A stretch of 64,000 bases of DNA from [Chlorobium] sp. 445 (GCA_002763895.1 NSLH01000005.1:19390-83389), one strand, 5' to 3'. Positions 50,120 to 61,849 are shown, counted from the stretch's first letter. A program made the numbers and translations. The notes: generated from the letters alone by a model not told the origin.

Positions 50120-51564
50120 TAGTGGCTAACAATGTGTTGTCGAAGTTCCTCTGCGAGCTTATCTGCAAATTTCGTGATGTCGCCTGCGCCCATTACAATT
50201 ACCATATCGCCACTGCGCACGCGGCTCAGCACACCAGCCAGCAAGAGTGTTTTATCGGCAATGAAAGACACACTCGTGTAGCTGCGCCTGCGCATCTCTT
50301 GCTCAATTATACTGCCCGACACATCAGGAAACTCTTCTTTTTTTTCTCGTGAGCCATAGACCTCTGTAATAAAAACCTCATCGGCAAGCATCAGAGCATC
50401 AGCAAACTCTCTGACGAAATCTCTCGTGCGCGAGTACAGATGCGGCTGAAAGACGGCTATCACGCGACGCTCTTTCCAGCCTTCTCGTGCCGCATTGAGC
50501 GTTGCACGTATTTCCGTTGGATGATGCGCATAATCATCTACTACCATGACAGGACTTGACGGCAGCGACTTGATTTGAAAACGCCGTCGCACAGGATAAA
50601 ACTTTAAGAGTGCTCGGCGAATATCCTCAAACTCTAAGCCGATTTCTTCGGCTACCGCCACCGCCGCCAGCGCATTCTTGACATTATGCACCCCTGCTGC
50701 ATGTAAGCCTATTGCGCCTAACTCCTTTCCACGGTAACGCACTTTGAACTTTGTCGCAGCATGATGCGATTCAATATCGTAGGCGATATAATCACAATTT
50801 TCTGCTGTGCCGTATGTGATCACCTTCTGCTCAAAGAGGTGCGCAATTTCCATGATGTTGAATTCATCGCCACAGCAGACCACGGCGCCGTAAAACGGGG
50901 CTTTGTTAGCAAACTCCACGAATGCCATTCGCAAATCGTTAAGATCTTTGTAAGTATCCAAATGTTCTGCTTCCAGCGTGGTGATGACAGCAATCGTTGG
51001 CGTCAGTTTCAAGAACGTGCGGTCAAATTCATCGGCTTCGACCACCATAAATTCACTCTCACCGACAATTGCACTGCCTTGCATCTGCGTGAGATTCTGG
51101 AAGTAATCCGAAATGCCGCCAATCATCACGGTTGGACTCAACCCGCATTCTTGCAAAACCACACCAATCATGGTGGTTGTGGTTGTTTTGCCATGCGTGC
51201 CAGCCACGCAGATACCAATCTTGTGGCGCATCAATTCGCCGAGTAATTCATCGCGCTTGATAACAGGAATGCCTCGCAGCTTGGCTTCCACTGTCTCAGA
51301 ATTCGTCTCTGGGTTGACCGCCGACGAGTGAGCGACAACATCAGCACCTTCAATTACATTTTTGTTATGCCCGATGCAGATGATGGCGCCCATGGATTTG
51401 AGCCTTTCGGTAATCTCGCTTTGCTGTTGGTCAGAGCCGCTGACTTCAAAGCCACGTTTGAGCAAGACCTCGGCAATGGCACTCATTCCAGCACCACCAA
51501 TACCCACCAGATGCACACGCTTTGTGCGTCCTAATGAGTTGTATTTAATCTTGCTATTCTTCAC
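50119..51564 (-). CDS. murC: UDP-N-acetylmuramate--L-alanine ligase
   Basis: [18 protein letters not shown] and [14 protein letters not shown] (Mur ligase P-loop). Confidence 0.95.
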   Translation of the reverse strand: MKNSKIKYNSLGRTKRVHLVGIGGAGMSAIAEVLLKRGFEVSGSDQQQSEITERLKSMGAIICIGHNKNVIEGADVVAHSSAVNPETNSETVEAKLRGIPVIKRDELLGELMRHKIGICVAGTHGKTTTTTMIGVVLQECGLSPTVMIGGISDYFQNLTQMQGSAIVGESEFMVVEADEFDRTFLKLTPTIAVITTLEAEHLDTYKDLNDLRMAFVEFANKAPFYGAVVCCGDEFNIMEIAHLFEQKVITYGTAENCDYIAYDIESHHAATKFKVRYRGKELGAIGLHAAGVHNVKNALAAVAVAEEIGLEFEDIRRALLKFYPVRRRFQIKSLPSSPVMVVDDYAHHPTEIRATLNAAREGWKERRVIAVFQPHLYSRTRDFVREFADALMLADEVFITEVYGSREKKEEFPDVSGSIIEQEMRRRSYTSVSFIADKTLLLAGVLSRVRSGDMVIVMGAGDITKFADKLAEELRQHIVSH

Positions 51565-52669
51565 TTGTCTCTGTTTGATACGCTTTTGCTAATCGAATGA
51601 CCCGTTTTGCAATGTTCAATGCCGCATTTGGCTTTGCGCGTTTTTTTGCTTTTGCTCTCATTGCTGAAAGTTTTTCATCATTTTGTATCAAGTCAAAAAT
51701 CTTCTCTTTGGCACGCTGGCTACTGATGTCTTTGTCCAAAATCATTTCGGCAGCACTGCTCTCTGCCATGGCTTCAGCATTGTGCACTTGATGATTTGCT
51801 GCTGCAAAGGGATACGGCACTAAGACCGCCGCCACGCCCATGTTGCACAGTTCAGCCAGTGTTGAGGCACCTGCACGGCAGAGTGCCAAATCTGCTGCAG
51901 AGTAGGCATAATCCATTCGGTCAATGAACGCACCGAGCCAGAGATTTTTCTTTTTGCCCACGCGCGCGGCAATACTCTCGAAATCTACCTTTCCTGTCTG
52001 CCAGATGACATTAAACTTTCGTAATGCTTCCTCAAGCCAACTTTCTACTGCACGGTTCAGTGAGCGCGCTCCTAAGCTGCCACCGAAGACCAGCAGCGTT
52101 TTGCGGTCGCTATCCAGACCGAAGAAGTCGCAGGCTTCGTCTTTCGGATGCACTTCAAAGCTGCGTGTCGGATTGCCTGTTACGAAAACCTCATCGCGAT
52201 CGAAGTAGTCGAGCGACTCTAAGAACGACAGATGCACTTCATCGGCGCGATAGGCTAAGATGCGCGTCGCCAAGCCCGGCTTTGCATTTTGCTCTTGAAT
52301 CAGCGTTGGAATTTCCCATGACTGTGCTTGCCAGACCACCGGTGCACTGACAAAACCGCCGGTGCCGACTACGACATCAGGCTCTTCTTGAAAAAACAGT
52401 CGCTTGCACTCGTTCAGGCTTCTATAGAGCTGAAACGGAAATTTCAAATTTTCAAAGAGCGTCTTTGGCGAAAATCCTCGCTTCACGCCAATTGCTGAAA
52501 TCAAATGCAGTGCAAACCCGAGTTTCGGCACCTGGGTTGCTTCAATGCCCCTTTCTGTACCGACAAACGAAATCACAGCACTGGGTTCTAACTTCAACAC
52601 TTGCTCTGCAATCGCCACCGCTGGATAAAGATGCCCACCTGTACCACCGCCCGCAAAGATAATTCTCAT
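51554..52669 (-). CDS. murG: UDP-N-acetylglucosamine--N-acetylmuramyl-(pentapeptide) pyrophosphoryl-undecaprenol GlcNAc transferase
   Basis: [27 protein letters not shown] and the GT28 C-terminal domain. Confidence 0.93.
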   Translation of the reverse strand: MRIIFAGGGTGGHLYPAVAIAEQVLKLEPSAVISFVGTERGIEATQVPKLGFALHLISAIGVKRGFSPKTLFENLKFPFQLYRSLNECKRLFFQEEPDVVVGTGGFVSAPVVWQAQSWEIPTLIQEQNAKPGLATRILAYRADEVHLSFLESLDYFDRDEVFVTGNPTRSFEVHPKDEACDFFGLDSDRKTLLVFGGSLGARSLNRAVESWLEEALRKFNVIWQTGKVDFESIAARVGKKKNLWLGAFIDRMDYAYSAADLALCRAGASTLAELCNMGVAAVLVPYPFAAANHQVHNAEAMAESSAAEMILDKDISSQRAKEKIFDLIQNDEKLSAMRAKAKKRAKPNAALNIAKRVIRLAKAYQTETSEE

Positions 52670-52695
52670 TGCTCTTCATGCTTGATCGGTTTCAT

Positions 52696-54078
52696 TTAGT
52701 CTTGCTTAGGCATAGCGCTGGCTACATTTGCTTGTGCATCTTTCTTTGCTGATATCTTTGCCGATGCGAGCCGCTTTCTTTCACGCGAAATGCTAATCAG
52801 CACACCTATGCCAAAGGCATTAAAGAGCATGGCACTGCCTCCAAAACTCACAAATGGCATTGGCAAGCCTGTCGTCGGCAAAAGATGACATGCAACACCG
52901 GCATTGATGAACGCATACAACCCAATTGCTAAAGTGATGCCATAGGCTAAGAACTTGCCAAAATCGTCTAATGCACTTTGTGCAATGAGTACGCCGCAGA
53001 CGATAATCCCACCAAACACAAGCAGCAAAACGATTGCTCCGATAAAGCCATACTCTTCACCAAAAATGGCAAAGATGAAATCGTTGTAAGATGCTGGCAA
53101 AAAGAGTTCGCGTTGTTTGCTTGCACCAATCCCAAGTCCTGTCAAGCCCCCATTACCAAGTCCAATCAAGGCTTGTTCGATCTGATAACTTGCTTTTTGA
53201 CTTCCTGTACCGATGAACGACATTAAGCGCTCCATACGATAACTTGCCGATACTGCAAAAATGGCGGCAAGCACACCTACTGGCAAAAGCGTGAGCACCA
53301 GATGCTTGAGGCTTGCCCCGCCAATGAAGAGCATGGTAAAACCAATCACCATCAAAACAGACGCGGTGCTAAAATTTGGCTCTAATGCTACCAGCGATCC
53401 GATAGCAATAATGACGGTCAGCATTGGATAATAAGCCCGCTCCAAATCCTTGATGTAGCGCTGTTTTTCTGCTAACATCGTTGCCATATGAATGATCAGT
53501 GCATATTTGGCTAAGTCAGAGGCTTGAAACTTCAATCGTCCGTAGCCAATCCAACGCGCCGCGCCATGGATGACCCCCAGACTTTTGAGCACTAGCAGCA
53601 TTGCAAGCAACACGAGGCTAATTATCAAAATTGCTTTGCTCCACTTCTTCAGCAGTTTGTAATCCATGCCACCCACGATGAAAATCACAAGTAGCCCCAG
53701 CAAGGCATATCCTGCTTGTCTCCAAAGAAAGTAGGCATCGTTATCGAATTTTGTAGCCGCCCAGCCAGCACCGCTGCTATAGACAGCAAGTATGCCGATA
53801 CACATCAGAATCACGACCAAGAGCAAGAGCAATTTGCCTGCAAGACTCTCAAAAGTCTTTTCTGGAATGAGATTGCCATGCATCATTTGCCCTAAGGCAC
53901 TTTGCGCGCGCTCTTGCGTCTCGCGCTGCCCCCTACCCGACAGAAGGTATATGGTCGACAAGGATAGACACGAGTTCTTTTTCGTTCTTAAAACTTTCTT
54001 TTTCAATTGCGTGTGCCCTTCATACCTCAGCCGTAGAGCAGTCTCCGAAGAGACCGCTCTCGACTGAAGTTGCATCAC
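52696..54078 (-). CDS. ftsW: Peptidoglycan glycosyltransferase FtsW (SEDS family)
   Basis: Ten predicted TM segments and the SEDS motifs AARWIGYGRLKFQASDLAK and LPTTGLPMPFVSFGGSAM. Start uncertain (GTG 54078 / ATG 54075 versus MMHGN at 53886). Confidence 0.88.
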   Translation of the reverse strand: MMQLQSRAVSSETALRLRYEGHTQLKKKVLRTKKNSCLSLSTIYLLSGRGQRETQERAQSALGQMMHGNLIPEKTFESLAGKLLLLLVVILMCIGILAVYSSGAGWAATKFDNDAYFLWRQAGYALLGLLVIFIVGGMDYKLLKKWSKAILIISLVLLAMLLVLKSLGVIHGAARWIGYGRLKFQASDLAKYALIIHMATMLAEKQRYIKDLERAYYPMLTVIIAIGSLVALEPNFSTASVLMVIGFTMLFIGGASLKHLVLTLLPVGVLAAIFAVSASYRMERLMSFIGTGSQKASYQIEQALIGLGNGGLTGLGIGASKQRELFLPASYNDFIFAIFGEEYGFIGAIVLLLVFGGIIVCGVLIAQSALDDFGKFLAYGITLAIGLYAFINAGVACHLLPTTGLPMPFVSFGGSAMLFNAFGIGVLISISRERKRLASAKISAKKDAQANVASAMPKQD

Positions 54079-54104
54079 AATTTGAAGGCTATCAAAGAAC
54101 AGAA

Positions 54105-55509
54105 CTACAAACTTGAAACCAATCTTTTGAAGACTTCACCGCGCTCTTCGAAGCCACTGAACATGTCGAAACTTGCACAGGCTGGCGAGAGCAGTACCGT
54201 ATCACCTGCCTTTGCCTCTTTGTATGCAATCTTCACGGCGTCATCCATCGTCTCTGCTTTCACAACTTTGACCTTGTCTTTGAAGGTCTCGTAGATTTTC
54301 TCTTTGGATTCACCAAGAGCGACTATGCATCGCACTTTTTGCTCAATGAGCGGCACGACTTTCGTGTAGTCGTTGCCTTTATCGCGTCCACCGATAATGA
54401 GCACAATTGAGGGTTGAATGGTATCGAGCGCGTACCACAGTGCATTGACGCTTGTAGCCTTCGAATCGTTAATGAACTGCACACCATCTAACTCTCTGAC
54501 AAATTCAATGCGATGCTCGACGCCTTGAAAACTCATGATGCTCTCACGAATGGTCTCTTTGCGTACTTCCATTGCACGCGCTGCTACTGCTGAGGCTAGC
54601 GAGTTATAGACATTATGTCGACCGCGAAAGTTGATGTTGCTCAAAATTTCCTCCTCTTTCATTAGAATTTCCTTTCGTCCGCCAACCTTCAGAATCAAGT
54701 GCCCATCTTTGAGATAGCCACATTCTGCATAGCGTCGGCTCAGGTCGCGCTCGAGACTAATTGGAATGAAGCGCATTCTTAGTTTTTCTTGCACTGCTTT
54801 TTTGCTAAAGTGTGTCGCTAGCGTCTCGTCATCTAAGTTTGCAATCAGCACATCGGTTTTAGTCTGTCTTTGATAGATGCGATATTTTGCCGCAGCGTAT
54901 TCTTCAAACGTGGCATAGCGATCCAAATGGTTCGGCGTGATGTTTGTCAGAATCGCAACCTTTGGTTTGTACGTGAAACAATACTCTAACTGAAAACTAC
55001 TTGTCTCAACAACTGCCACGTCTTTCTTGTCCATTTCACTGACATAGTCTGAAAACGGTTGCCCGATATTGCCTACTGCAAAGGCTTTGTAGCCTTTTTC
55101 TTTGCCCTCGTGCTCAAAGATGGCTTTTGTGAGCAATGTGGTCGTGGTTTTGCCATTTGTGCCCGTTATGGCAATAATTCTTGCTGCACAAAACCAACTT
55201 GCCATTTCGATTTCACTGAAAAGTTTAATCTTGGCTTTCTCTAACTGCTGCACCACTGGCGCGTTTGACGGCACACCTGGACTGATGACTGCAAAATCTG
55301 CATTGAAGATTTTTTCTGTATGTCCCTCGAACTCATACTTGATTTTTAGTTTCTGCAACTCTTGTTCTAAGGCACTATCCATCAACGGTGCTCGCTCGCT
55401 CAAAAAAAACTTTTGCACCGTGCTTCTTTAGCAATCGTGCTGCGGCAAGACCGCTGCGTTTGCCGCCAATAATCACCACATGCTTGCCTCTGACTTGACT
55501 TGCTTTCAT
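54105..55509 (-). CDS. murD: UDP-N-acetylmuramoylalanine--D-glutamate ligase, split by a 1-nt frame change
   Basis: N-terminal Rossmann [19 protein letters not shown] is in ORF 55375-55680. The body with [11 protein letters not shown] is in ORF 54105-55418. The frames join at the run of 8 at 55402-55409. The ATG at 55509 overlaps the mraY stop (ATGA). Confidence 0.9.
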
Positions 55510-56611
55510 CTGAGTTTGAGCGTAATTAAACTTGTTAGCGCAAGCAGAATCGTAATAATCCAAAATCGGATGACCACTTTTTCTTCGGGCCAGCCCAAAA
55601 GTTGAAAGTGATGATGCAGCGGCGCCATTTTGAAGACACGCCGACCTTCGCCATACTTTTTTTTCGTGTATTTGAACCACGTGCGCTGAATAATCACAGA
55701 GAGCGTTTCAACAAAGAAGATGCCCGCCAAGACTGGCAAGAGCAATTCTTTTTTGATGAGCAGCGCAATGACCGCAATTGCACCGCCAAGCGCCAGCGAT
55801 CCTGTATCGCCCATAAAGACTTCTGCCGGATGTGAATTGAACCACAAAAACCCTATGCACGCAGCTGCAATAGCTAAGGCTAAAATTGTTACTTCTCCTG
55901 CACCTTCGATGTAGGTGATGTTGAGGTAGCTTGCAAACTTGACATTACCTGTCAGATACGCAAAGCCTGCAAGCGTCAAGACCACAATCGCTGCGCAGCC
56001 AGCGGCAAGTCCATCTAATCCATCCGTGAGATTCACTGCATTTGAAACCGCCGTAATGATGAACACGCACACTGGGATATAAAACCCGTTGTAATCAATC
56101 ACCCAATTTTTGAAGAATGGAACTTCTGTCTGCGAAAGCAAGACACTAAACTTTGGCACGATGTAGGTATAGACTGCAACGAATACCCCCAGCGCGATTT
56201 GTCCTGCAAGTTTATACCGCTCGGCTAAGCCACCTTTAACTTTCTTTACCACTTTGAGATAATCATCATAGAACCCAACAGCACCCATCCAGACTACCGA
56301 GAGCAAAATCAGCCAGCTAAATGAATCCGTTACCTTCGTCCATAGCAATCCTGCGATGACAATAGAGAGAATCATCACCGTACCGCCCATGGTCGGAATT
56401 CCAACTTTTTGCGGTGTGCCTCTGGCGCTTCGAGCTTGATTGGCTCAATTACTTTTGTTTTCAAATACATGATGATTCTTGGACCTGCTATCATGGATAC
56501 GAGAAACGCCGTTACAGCAGCCGCTCCCGCTCGAAACGTGATGTAATTGATGACACCGAGACCAGGGATGTCATACATATCATTCAAATATTTGAGCAGG
56601 TAGTACAGCAT
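55506..56611 (-). CDS. mraY: Phospho-N-acetylmuramoyl-pentapeptide transferase, split by a 1-nt frame change
   Basis: The N-terminus MLYYLLKYL...INYITFRAG is in ORF 56375-56638. The body ([34 protein letters not shown]) is in ORF 55506-56390. The frames join at the run of 5 at 56406-56410. Confidence 0.92.
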
Positions 56612-56699
56612 GGTTTTTTGCGTTAGTGTCTTGCACAACTTTTGTTTTTCTGACGCCTCTCATTGCGGCGTTTTTTGATGATTTTACATTCACGGTATC

Positions 56700-58097
56700 C
56701 TATTGCCTGCTCATCATCTCTATTACTTCTTCCATTTTCATGCCCCTTGAGCCTTTGAAGAGAATCGCATCGCCGGGCTGCGCTGTCGCTTTTAGTGTTT
56801 GCGCAAGCTGCGCTTTGCTCTCAAAGTGCTGTTTTGTGCTGACACAAGCGACTTTGCATGTGGTCTTCATAGCATTTCCCCAAACAAAGAGCACATCGAT
56901 TCCTTGCTCCGAGATAAATTCACCTAATGCTCTGTGTTCGCTTTCAGCCAGTGCGCCAAGCTCCAGCATATCACCTAACACTGCAATTTTTTTTCCACTT
57001 ACTTTCATTGCGCTCAGCGTTTCTAATCCTCTGCGCATTGATTCAGGGTTAGCGTTGTAAGTGTCATTGATGATGATCATGCCATCTTGCTCATAGACAG
57101 CCATACGCTTGAGCAATGGGTTAATTTCAAATTGTTCCAGTGCCGTCTTGATGCGCAAGAGCGGAACACCGAAGTTGAGTCCAACTGCTGCTGCCGCTAA
57201 AGCATTGGTAACATTGTGCCAACCTGCGATGCGCAATTGCACGCTCTCTTCGGCTTCTTGTGTTGCTAACCTGAACTTTGCACGCCCGCGCTCATCGAGC
57301 TCAATTTCTTCAGCGTAGATATCTAATCGCTCACGGCGCATCGGATTTGCTGATGTAATGACGCCATAGAGTATTTTTTGCATGACCTTTTCAGACACTT
57401 GCATCACAAGCGCATCATCTGCATTGACAAATGCACTGCCGTTGCCTTTGCCAAGCCACTCAAAGAGTTCGCCTTCGGCTTCAGCAATTGCTTCCAGCGA
57501 GCCAAAAAACTCGATGTGTGCTTTGCCAATGTTCGTAATCAGTCCATGCGTCGGCTCAGCAATCTCACACAGTTGCTGCATCTCACCTTTGTGATTCATC
57601 CCCATTTCCACGACGGCAATTTCCGTTGTCTTGCGTAGCCCAAAGAGCGTAATCGGCAAGCCAATGTGATTATTGAGGTTACCTTCAGTTGCTAAGGTGT
57701 CGTAGGTTGTGCGCAACACTGCTGCCATCATCTCTTTTGTGGTTGTCTTGCCGCTCCCGCCACCAATGGCTACGAGTGGCACAGAAAACTTGCGTCGATA
57801 AAGCCGCGCCAGACGTTGCAAAGCCTGCAGGACATCGGGCACCACGAGCAATTTGTCAAAGAACTTTTCTTTGCTGTCTTTGTACCATGCTTCACTGACA
57901 ACACACAGGCGCGCGCCTCGCTGAAGTGCTTCGCCTACAAATTCGTGTCCATCAACACGTTCACCTTTGAGTGCAAAGAAGATCTCACCACCTGTGATTT
58001 TGCGCGAATCAATTGCGACTCTAGGCTCAGCGATTGGCTCTACTGCCCCAACTATGCGACCCACTTCGCACAGATCTTGCTCCGTAATTGCTTGCAC
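56700..58097 (-). CDS. murF: UDP-N-acetylmuramoyl-tripeptide--D-alanyl-D-alanine ligase
   Basis: VAIGGGSGKTTTKEMM and the Mur ligase middle and C-terminal domains. Position between murE and mraY. Confidence 0.9.
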   Translation of the reverse strand: MQAITEQDLCEVGRIVGAVEPIAEPRVAIDSRKITGGEIFFALKGERVDGHEFVGEALQRGARLCVVSEAWYKDSKEKFFDKLLVVPDVLQALQRLARLYRRKFSVPLVAIGGGSGKTTTKEMMAAVLRTTYDTLATEGNLNNHIGLPITLFGLRKTTEIAVVEMGMNHKGEMQQLCEIAEPTHGLITNIGKAHIEFFGSLEAIAEAEGELFEWLGKGNGSAFVNADDALVMQVSEKVMQKILYGVITSANPMRRERLDIYAEEIELDERGRAKFRLATQEAEESVQLRIAGWHNVTNALAAAAVGLNFGVPLLRIKTALEQFEINPLLKRMAVYEQDGMIIINDTYNANPESMRRGLETLSAMKVSGKKIAVLGDMLELGALAESEHRALGEFISEQGIDVLFVWGNAMKTTCKVACVSTKQHFESKAQLAQTLKATAQPGDAILFKGSRGMKMEEVIEMMSRQ

Positions 58098-58102
58098 AGT
58101 CC

Positions 58103-59617
58103 TTAGCCTGATGCTTTGAAAAATTTTTCTATGAGCTCTCGATCATCAAAATGGTACTTGACACCTTGAATGTCTTGATAAGTCTCATGACCTTTTCCTG
58201 CTACAAGCAACACATCACCTTGTTGCAGCAGCTCAATACCTTTCTTAATGGCTTCTTGACGCTCAGCAATGCGATAATGCGTTTTGCTTTTGCTCATCCC
58301 TGCCTCAATGTCATCCAAAATTGTTTCTGGATCTTCACCGCGTGGATTGTCGGATGTCAGTATGACTATATCCGACAGCTGCTCTGCAAGTCTTCCCATT
58401 TGCGGACGCTTGCCTTTATCGCGCTCACCGCCGCAGCCAAAGACCGTAATGAGTTTTCCCTCCTTTGGCATCACCTCACGAATGGCACGCATGACATTTT
58501 CCAACGCATCAGGCGAATGCGCATAATCGACAATCGCACAGCGATGGTCCTTCGACCAGATTTGTTCCATTCGTCCACGCACCCCTTTACACTTTGAGAT
58601 GCCATGCACGATGGCATTGTGAGACAGTCCCAACGCCGCTGTGGCACCGTAGGCCGCCAAAATGTTGTAGAGATTGAACTTGCCAATTAGCCCGAAGGCA
58701 TGAATGTGTGTTTCACCTCTTACAGAGAGCATCACAGAGGTTGCACCCAGTTCGTAGTTCAAAACTTTCGCACAGAGTGTTGTCTCATCGCCATGTGATG
58801 GCGTGCCATGTGGTTCTTCGCCACTGACACTGTAGCTTATTATGGCAGCGCGACAGTCGCTGACTATGCGTTTGCCATAAGGGTCATCCCAATTCGTTAC
58901 CGCTGTAGCTTGCGCATCAAGACCATCGAAGAGGATTTTCTTAGCGTTGAAATAGTTTTCCATGGCGCCATGAAAATCCAAGTGATCGCGCGAGAGATTT
59001 GTAAAGACGCCTACTTGAAAGCAAATGCCATCGGTGCGATGCAGTGCCAGCGAGTGTGAGGAGACTTCCATCACACAATGCGTACAGCCTGCGTTTATCA
59101 TCTTGTCAAAGAACTCGTGTAGTTCCAGCGCCTCAGGTGTCGTGCGTTCGGCTTCAATGACTTCGTTTCCGATTTGGTATTCAATCGTGCCAATGAGTCC
59201 CGATTTGATGCCATTTGCATCAAGAATAGATTTAATGAGAAATGTTGTCGTTGTCTTGCCATTCGTGCCTGTTACACCAATGATGGTCAGTTTGTCGCTA
59301 GCATCACCATAAAATGCTTTTGCAAGTCTTGCCAGCGCCCTGCGCGACGACTCGACTCTGAGATAGACACACTCGGCTGCGCGCTGCATGGGCAGTTCTT
59401 CACAGACCACGACACTTGCGCCGCTTTGTACAGCTTTGTCAATAAACAAATGCCCATCAGTTTTGAAGCCTTTGATGGCAACGAATAGTGTACCGTTTTT
59501 TACCTTGCGCGAGTCATACGCTACCGATTCAATCTTCATCATGCCGTGCTGTGCAACCTGCTCTGGCGTTGCCATTTCCACAGGCACAAGCAACTCGATG
59601 ACATCATTCAAAGTCAT
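58103..59617 (-). CDS. murE: UDP-N-acetylmuramoyl-L-alanyl-D-glutamate--2,6-diaminopimelate ligase
   Basis: [16 protein letters not shown] and the DNPR motif (LTSDNPRGEDP) associated with meso-DAP specificity. Confidence 0.92.
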   Translation of the reverse strand: MTLNDVIELLVPVEMATPEQVAQHGMMKIESVAYDSRKVKNGTLFVAIKGFKTDGHLFIDKAVQSGASVVVCEELPMQRAAECVYLRVESSRRALARLAKAFYGDASDKLTIIGVTGTNGKTTTTFLIKSILDANGIKSGLIGTIEYQIGNEVIEAERTTPEALELHEFFDKMINAGCTHCVMEVSSHSLALHRTDGICFQVGVFTNLSRDHLDFHGAMENYFNAKKILFDGLDAQATAVTNWDDPYGKRIVSDCRAAIISYSVSGEEPHGTPSHGDETTLCAKVLNYELGATSVMLSVRGETHIHAFGLIGKFNLYNILAAYGATAALGLSHNAIVHGISKCKGVRGRMEQIWSKDHRCAIVDYAHSPDALENVMRAIREVMPKEGKLITVFGCGGERDKGKRPQMGRLAEQLSDIVILTSDNPRGEDPETILDDIEAGMSKSKTHYRIAERQEAIKKGIELLQQGDVLLVAGKGHETYQDIQGVKYHFDDRELIEKFFKASG

Positions 59618-59618
59618 A

Positions 59619-61784
59619 CTACTGCATGGTTATCACACAGACTTGTCCTTCTTTGACACGCTCACCTGCTTTTGGCAATTGTGCCACTACTTTTCCACTC
59701 TTACCAGCAATCTCAAGCCGCAAACCTAATCGCCCTGCTTCACAGAGTGCTCTATCGGCGCGCAATCCAATCAGCAAGGGCATGTGTTGTGCCCCGTCTT
59801 TTGTCTCAGCATCAGAAAATGTGAGCGGCACTTTTGACCATATCGGCACGCGTTTGCCTGCTTCCACACCTTGCGCAATCACGATTTGCTTTGCTGCGTC
59901 AATGAGTTCATTTTCACGCTTGAAATCGAGTTTATGTATGCGCAGCAAGGCTTTCGCTTCTTCAGCACAGAGTCCACGCACATTCGGCACCACAACACTT
60001 TGCACCGTATCCAAAAAGAGTTTTTCTTTTGAGGGCGCAAGATTGCGTGCAATTTTTGCGCGATAAGCCTCGCCGAGCGTAGAGAGCATTCGCCTGCCAA
60101 TGTTTGCAAACACTGGCGCTGCAGCCATGCTGCCATAGTAGCCATTTGTGGGATTGATCATCATCACCAAGATGGCAAATTCAGGCTGCTCACTTGGAAA
60201 GAAACCGACAAACGATGCCACGTATTTTCCTGTATGATAGTTACCAGCATCAAGTTGCTGCGCTGTGCCAGTTTTACCTGCCACACTGACGCCTTCAATG
60301 CGCGCCGGCTTACCTGTGCCGCTATCGACTACAGCTTTGAAATAACTCTTCACCACATCTGCCACTTCGCGCTTCATGACTTGACGCCGCACTACAGGCG
60401 ATTGACGCGCCAACACTTCACCATCTGGCGACACAATTCGCTGCACGACAAAGGGTTTCATGAGCCTACCACCATTTGCCAGTGCCGCATAAGCCGTAAT
60501 AAGTTGAATCGGCGTAACCATCACTTCATAGCCTTGTGCCATCCACGGTAGCGAAATGGCTGACCATTCGCGCGTCGGTTTGAGCGCACCTGCAATTTCT
60601 CCCGGCACATCAATGCTTGTTTTTTCACCGAAGCCAAAGGCTTTTGCTGTTGCATAGAAATTTTCTTTACCGACTTTGAGCGCAGTTTTTGCTGCAACAA
60701 TGTTGCTCGAGTGTGCAATGGCTTGTCGAAACGTGATTACTCCAAGCCTTTCATGGTCTGTAATTGTGCGCCTTTGAATCACATATCGCCCATTTTGGGC
60801 ATCTACCTTTTCATCTGGTTGCACCACGCCATACTGTGTTGCTGCAGTGGCTATCACGAGCTTAAACGTCGAACCCGGCTCGAAGGCATCAGTTACAGCT
60901 CGGTTGCGCGTCGCTTCAGGTTTATAGGTTACTGCATTGTTCATATCAAAGTTAGGTTCATTCGCCATAGCGAGAATCTCGCCCGTGTGCACATTCATGA
61001 CAATGCCAATACCTGCGCTTGCAGCGCAATTTGCTACCCCATTTTGCAGCTCATCTTCGACAATGGCTTGCACATCAGCATCAATGGTCAGTTCTACACG
61101 GCAGCCCGGTACCGCCTCTTGTCTTGGTGCACCAATAGCTGGAAACGCTCTGCCCGTTGCGGTGCGCTGCATGGTTAAAAATCCATCTTTGCCACGTAGA
61201 TACGGCTCCAACTGTTTTTCTAGACCACTAATCCCAGTGTTGTCAGCATTGACAAAGCCAATGAGTTGCGATGCCAAGTTCTCATACTGACGATGAATTT
61301 CCTTGCGAATGATCAATCCATCTATGTCTAAGGCTAATAGCGGCGCTGCACTGGATTGAGACTGATTGCGTTCGAGCCAGACAAAACGTGTTTTTTCATT
61401 TAATTTTCTGAGGTAGTGTTCCTTCGGCTTTCCAAATACCTTTTCGCATAGTGCCGCTAAGGTATCTTTGTGCTGCACAAGTTTCGGGTCTGCTGCAAAC
61501 GAGACATTCATCAGACTTGTCGCTAAGCGTTTGCCGTTGCGGTCAAGGATATCGCCGCGTGGTGCCGCAATTTTTTCTCGGTACTCATACTGCCGCTGCG
61601 CTTTGCGTTGATATTCTTCTGCGTTGAGAATTTGCACCCACACCAATCGAGCAATGACACCCAGGGCAAGCAACGCAAGTCCACCAAAGACCAGCACAAG
61701 ACGCACCTGCCGTTCTCCCCGCCACAGCGCCGCTTTATCTTTACTTGGGTTTTCGCTCATCGTGTTTCTTTTTTGCATCTGCAA
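59619..61784 (-). CDS. ftsI: Peptidoglycan D,D-transpeptidase FtsI (class B PBP) with two C-terminal PASTA-like domains
   Basis: N-terminal TM anchor, SxxK (EPGSTFKL), SxN (HSSN) and KTG (GKTGTA). C-terminal VVPNVRGLCAEEAKALL... and MPLLIGLRADRALCEAGRLGL... are PASTA-like. Confidence 0.9.
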   Translation of the reverse strand: MQMQKRNTMSENPSKDKAALWRGERQVRLVLVFGGLALLALGVIARLVWVQILNAEEYQRKAQRQYEYREKIAAPRGDILDRNGKRLATSLMNVSFAADPKLVQHKDTLAALCEKVFGKPKEHYLRKLNEKTRFVWLERNQSQSSAAPLLALDIDGLIIRKEIHRQYENLASQLIGFVNADNTGISGLEKQLEPYLRGKDGFLTMQRTATGRAFPAIGAPRQEAVPGCRVELTIDADVQAIVEDELQNGVANCAASAGIGIVMNVHTGEILAMANEPNFDMNNAVTYKPEATRNRAVTDAFEPGSTFKLVIATAATQYGVVQPDEKVDAQNGRYVIQRRTITDHERLGVITFRQAIAHSSNIVAAKTALKVGKENFYATAKAFGFGEKTSIDVPGEIAGALKPTREWSAISLPWMAQGYEVMVTPIQLITAYAALANGGRLMKPFVVQRIVSPDGEVLARQSPVVRRQVMKREVADVVKSYFKAVVDSGTGKPARIEGVSVAGKTGTAQQLDAGNYHTGKYVASFVGFFPSEQPEFAILVMMINPTNGYYGSMAAAPVFANIGRRMLSTLGEAYRAKIARNLAPSKEKLFLDTVQSVVVPNVRGLCAEEAKALLRIHKLDFKRENELIDAAKQIVIAQGVEAGKRVPIWSKVPLTFSDAETKDGAQHMPLLIGLRADRALCEAGRLGLRLEIAGKSGKVVAQLPKAGERVKEGQVCVITMQ

Positions 61785-61849
61785 GGCATTCGTCAGGCAA
61801 AGAAGTGTCTCTATGTCGGCTTTAGAGTGCGCTTCCTTGCCGTCGGATG

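Noticed and set aside
53886-54104. Either a 218-nt gap between murD and ftsW (if ftsW starts at MMHGN, 53886) or a 64-aa non-membrane N-terminal extension (start at 54078/54075).
   Set aside because: The start cannot be decided from sequence alone. No hairpin, motif or alternative ORF was seen in the stretch, so nothing can be claimed beyond start-site uncertainty.
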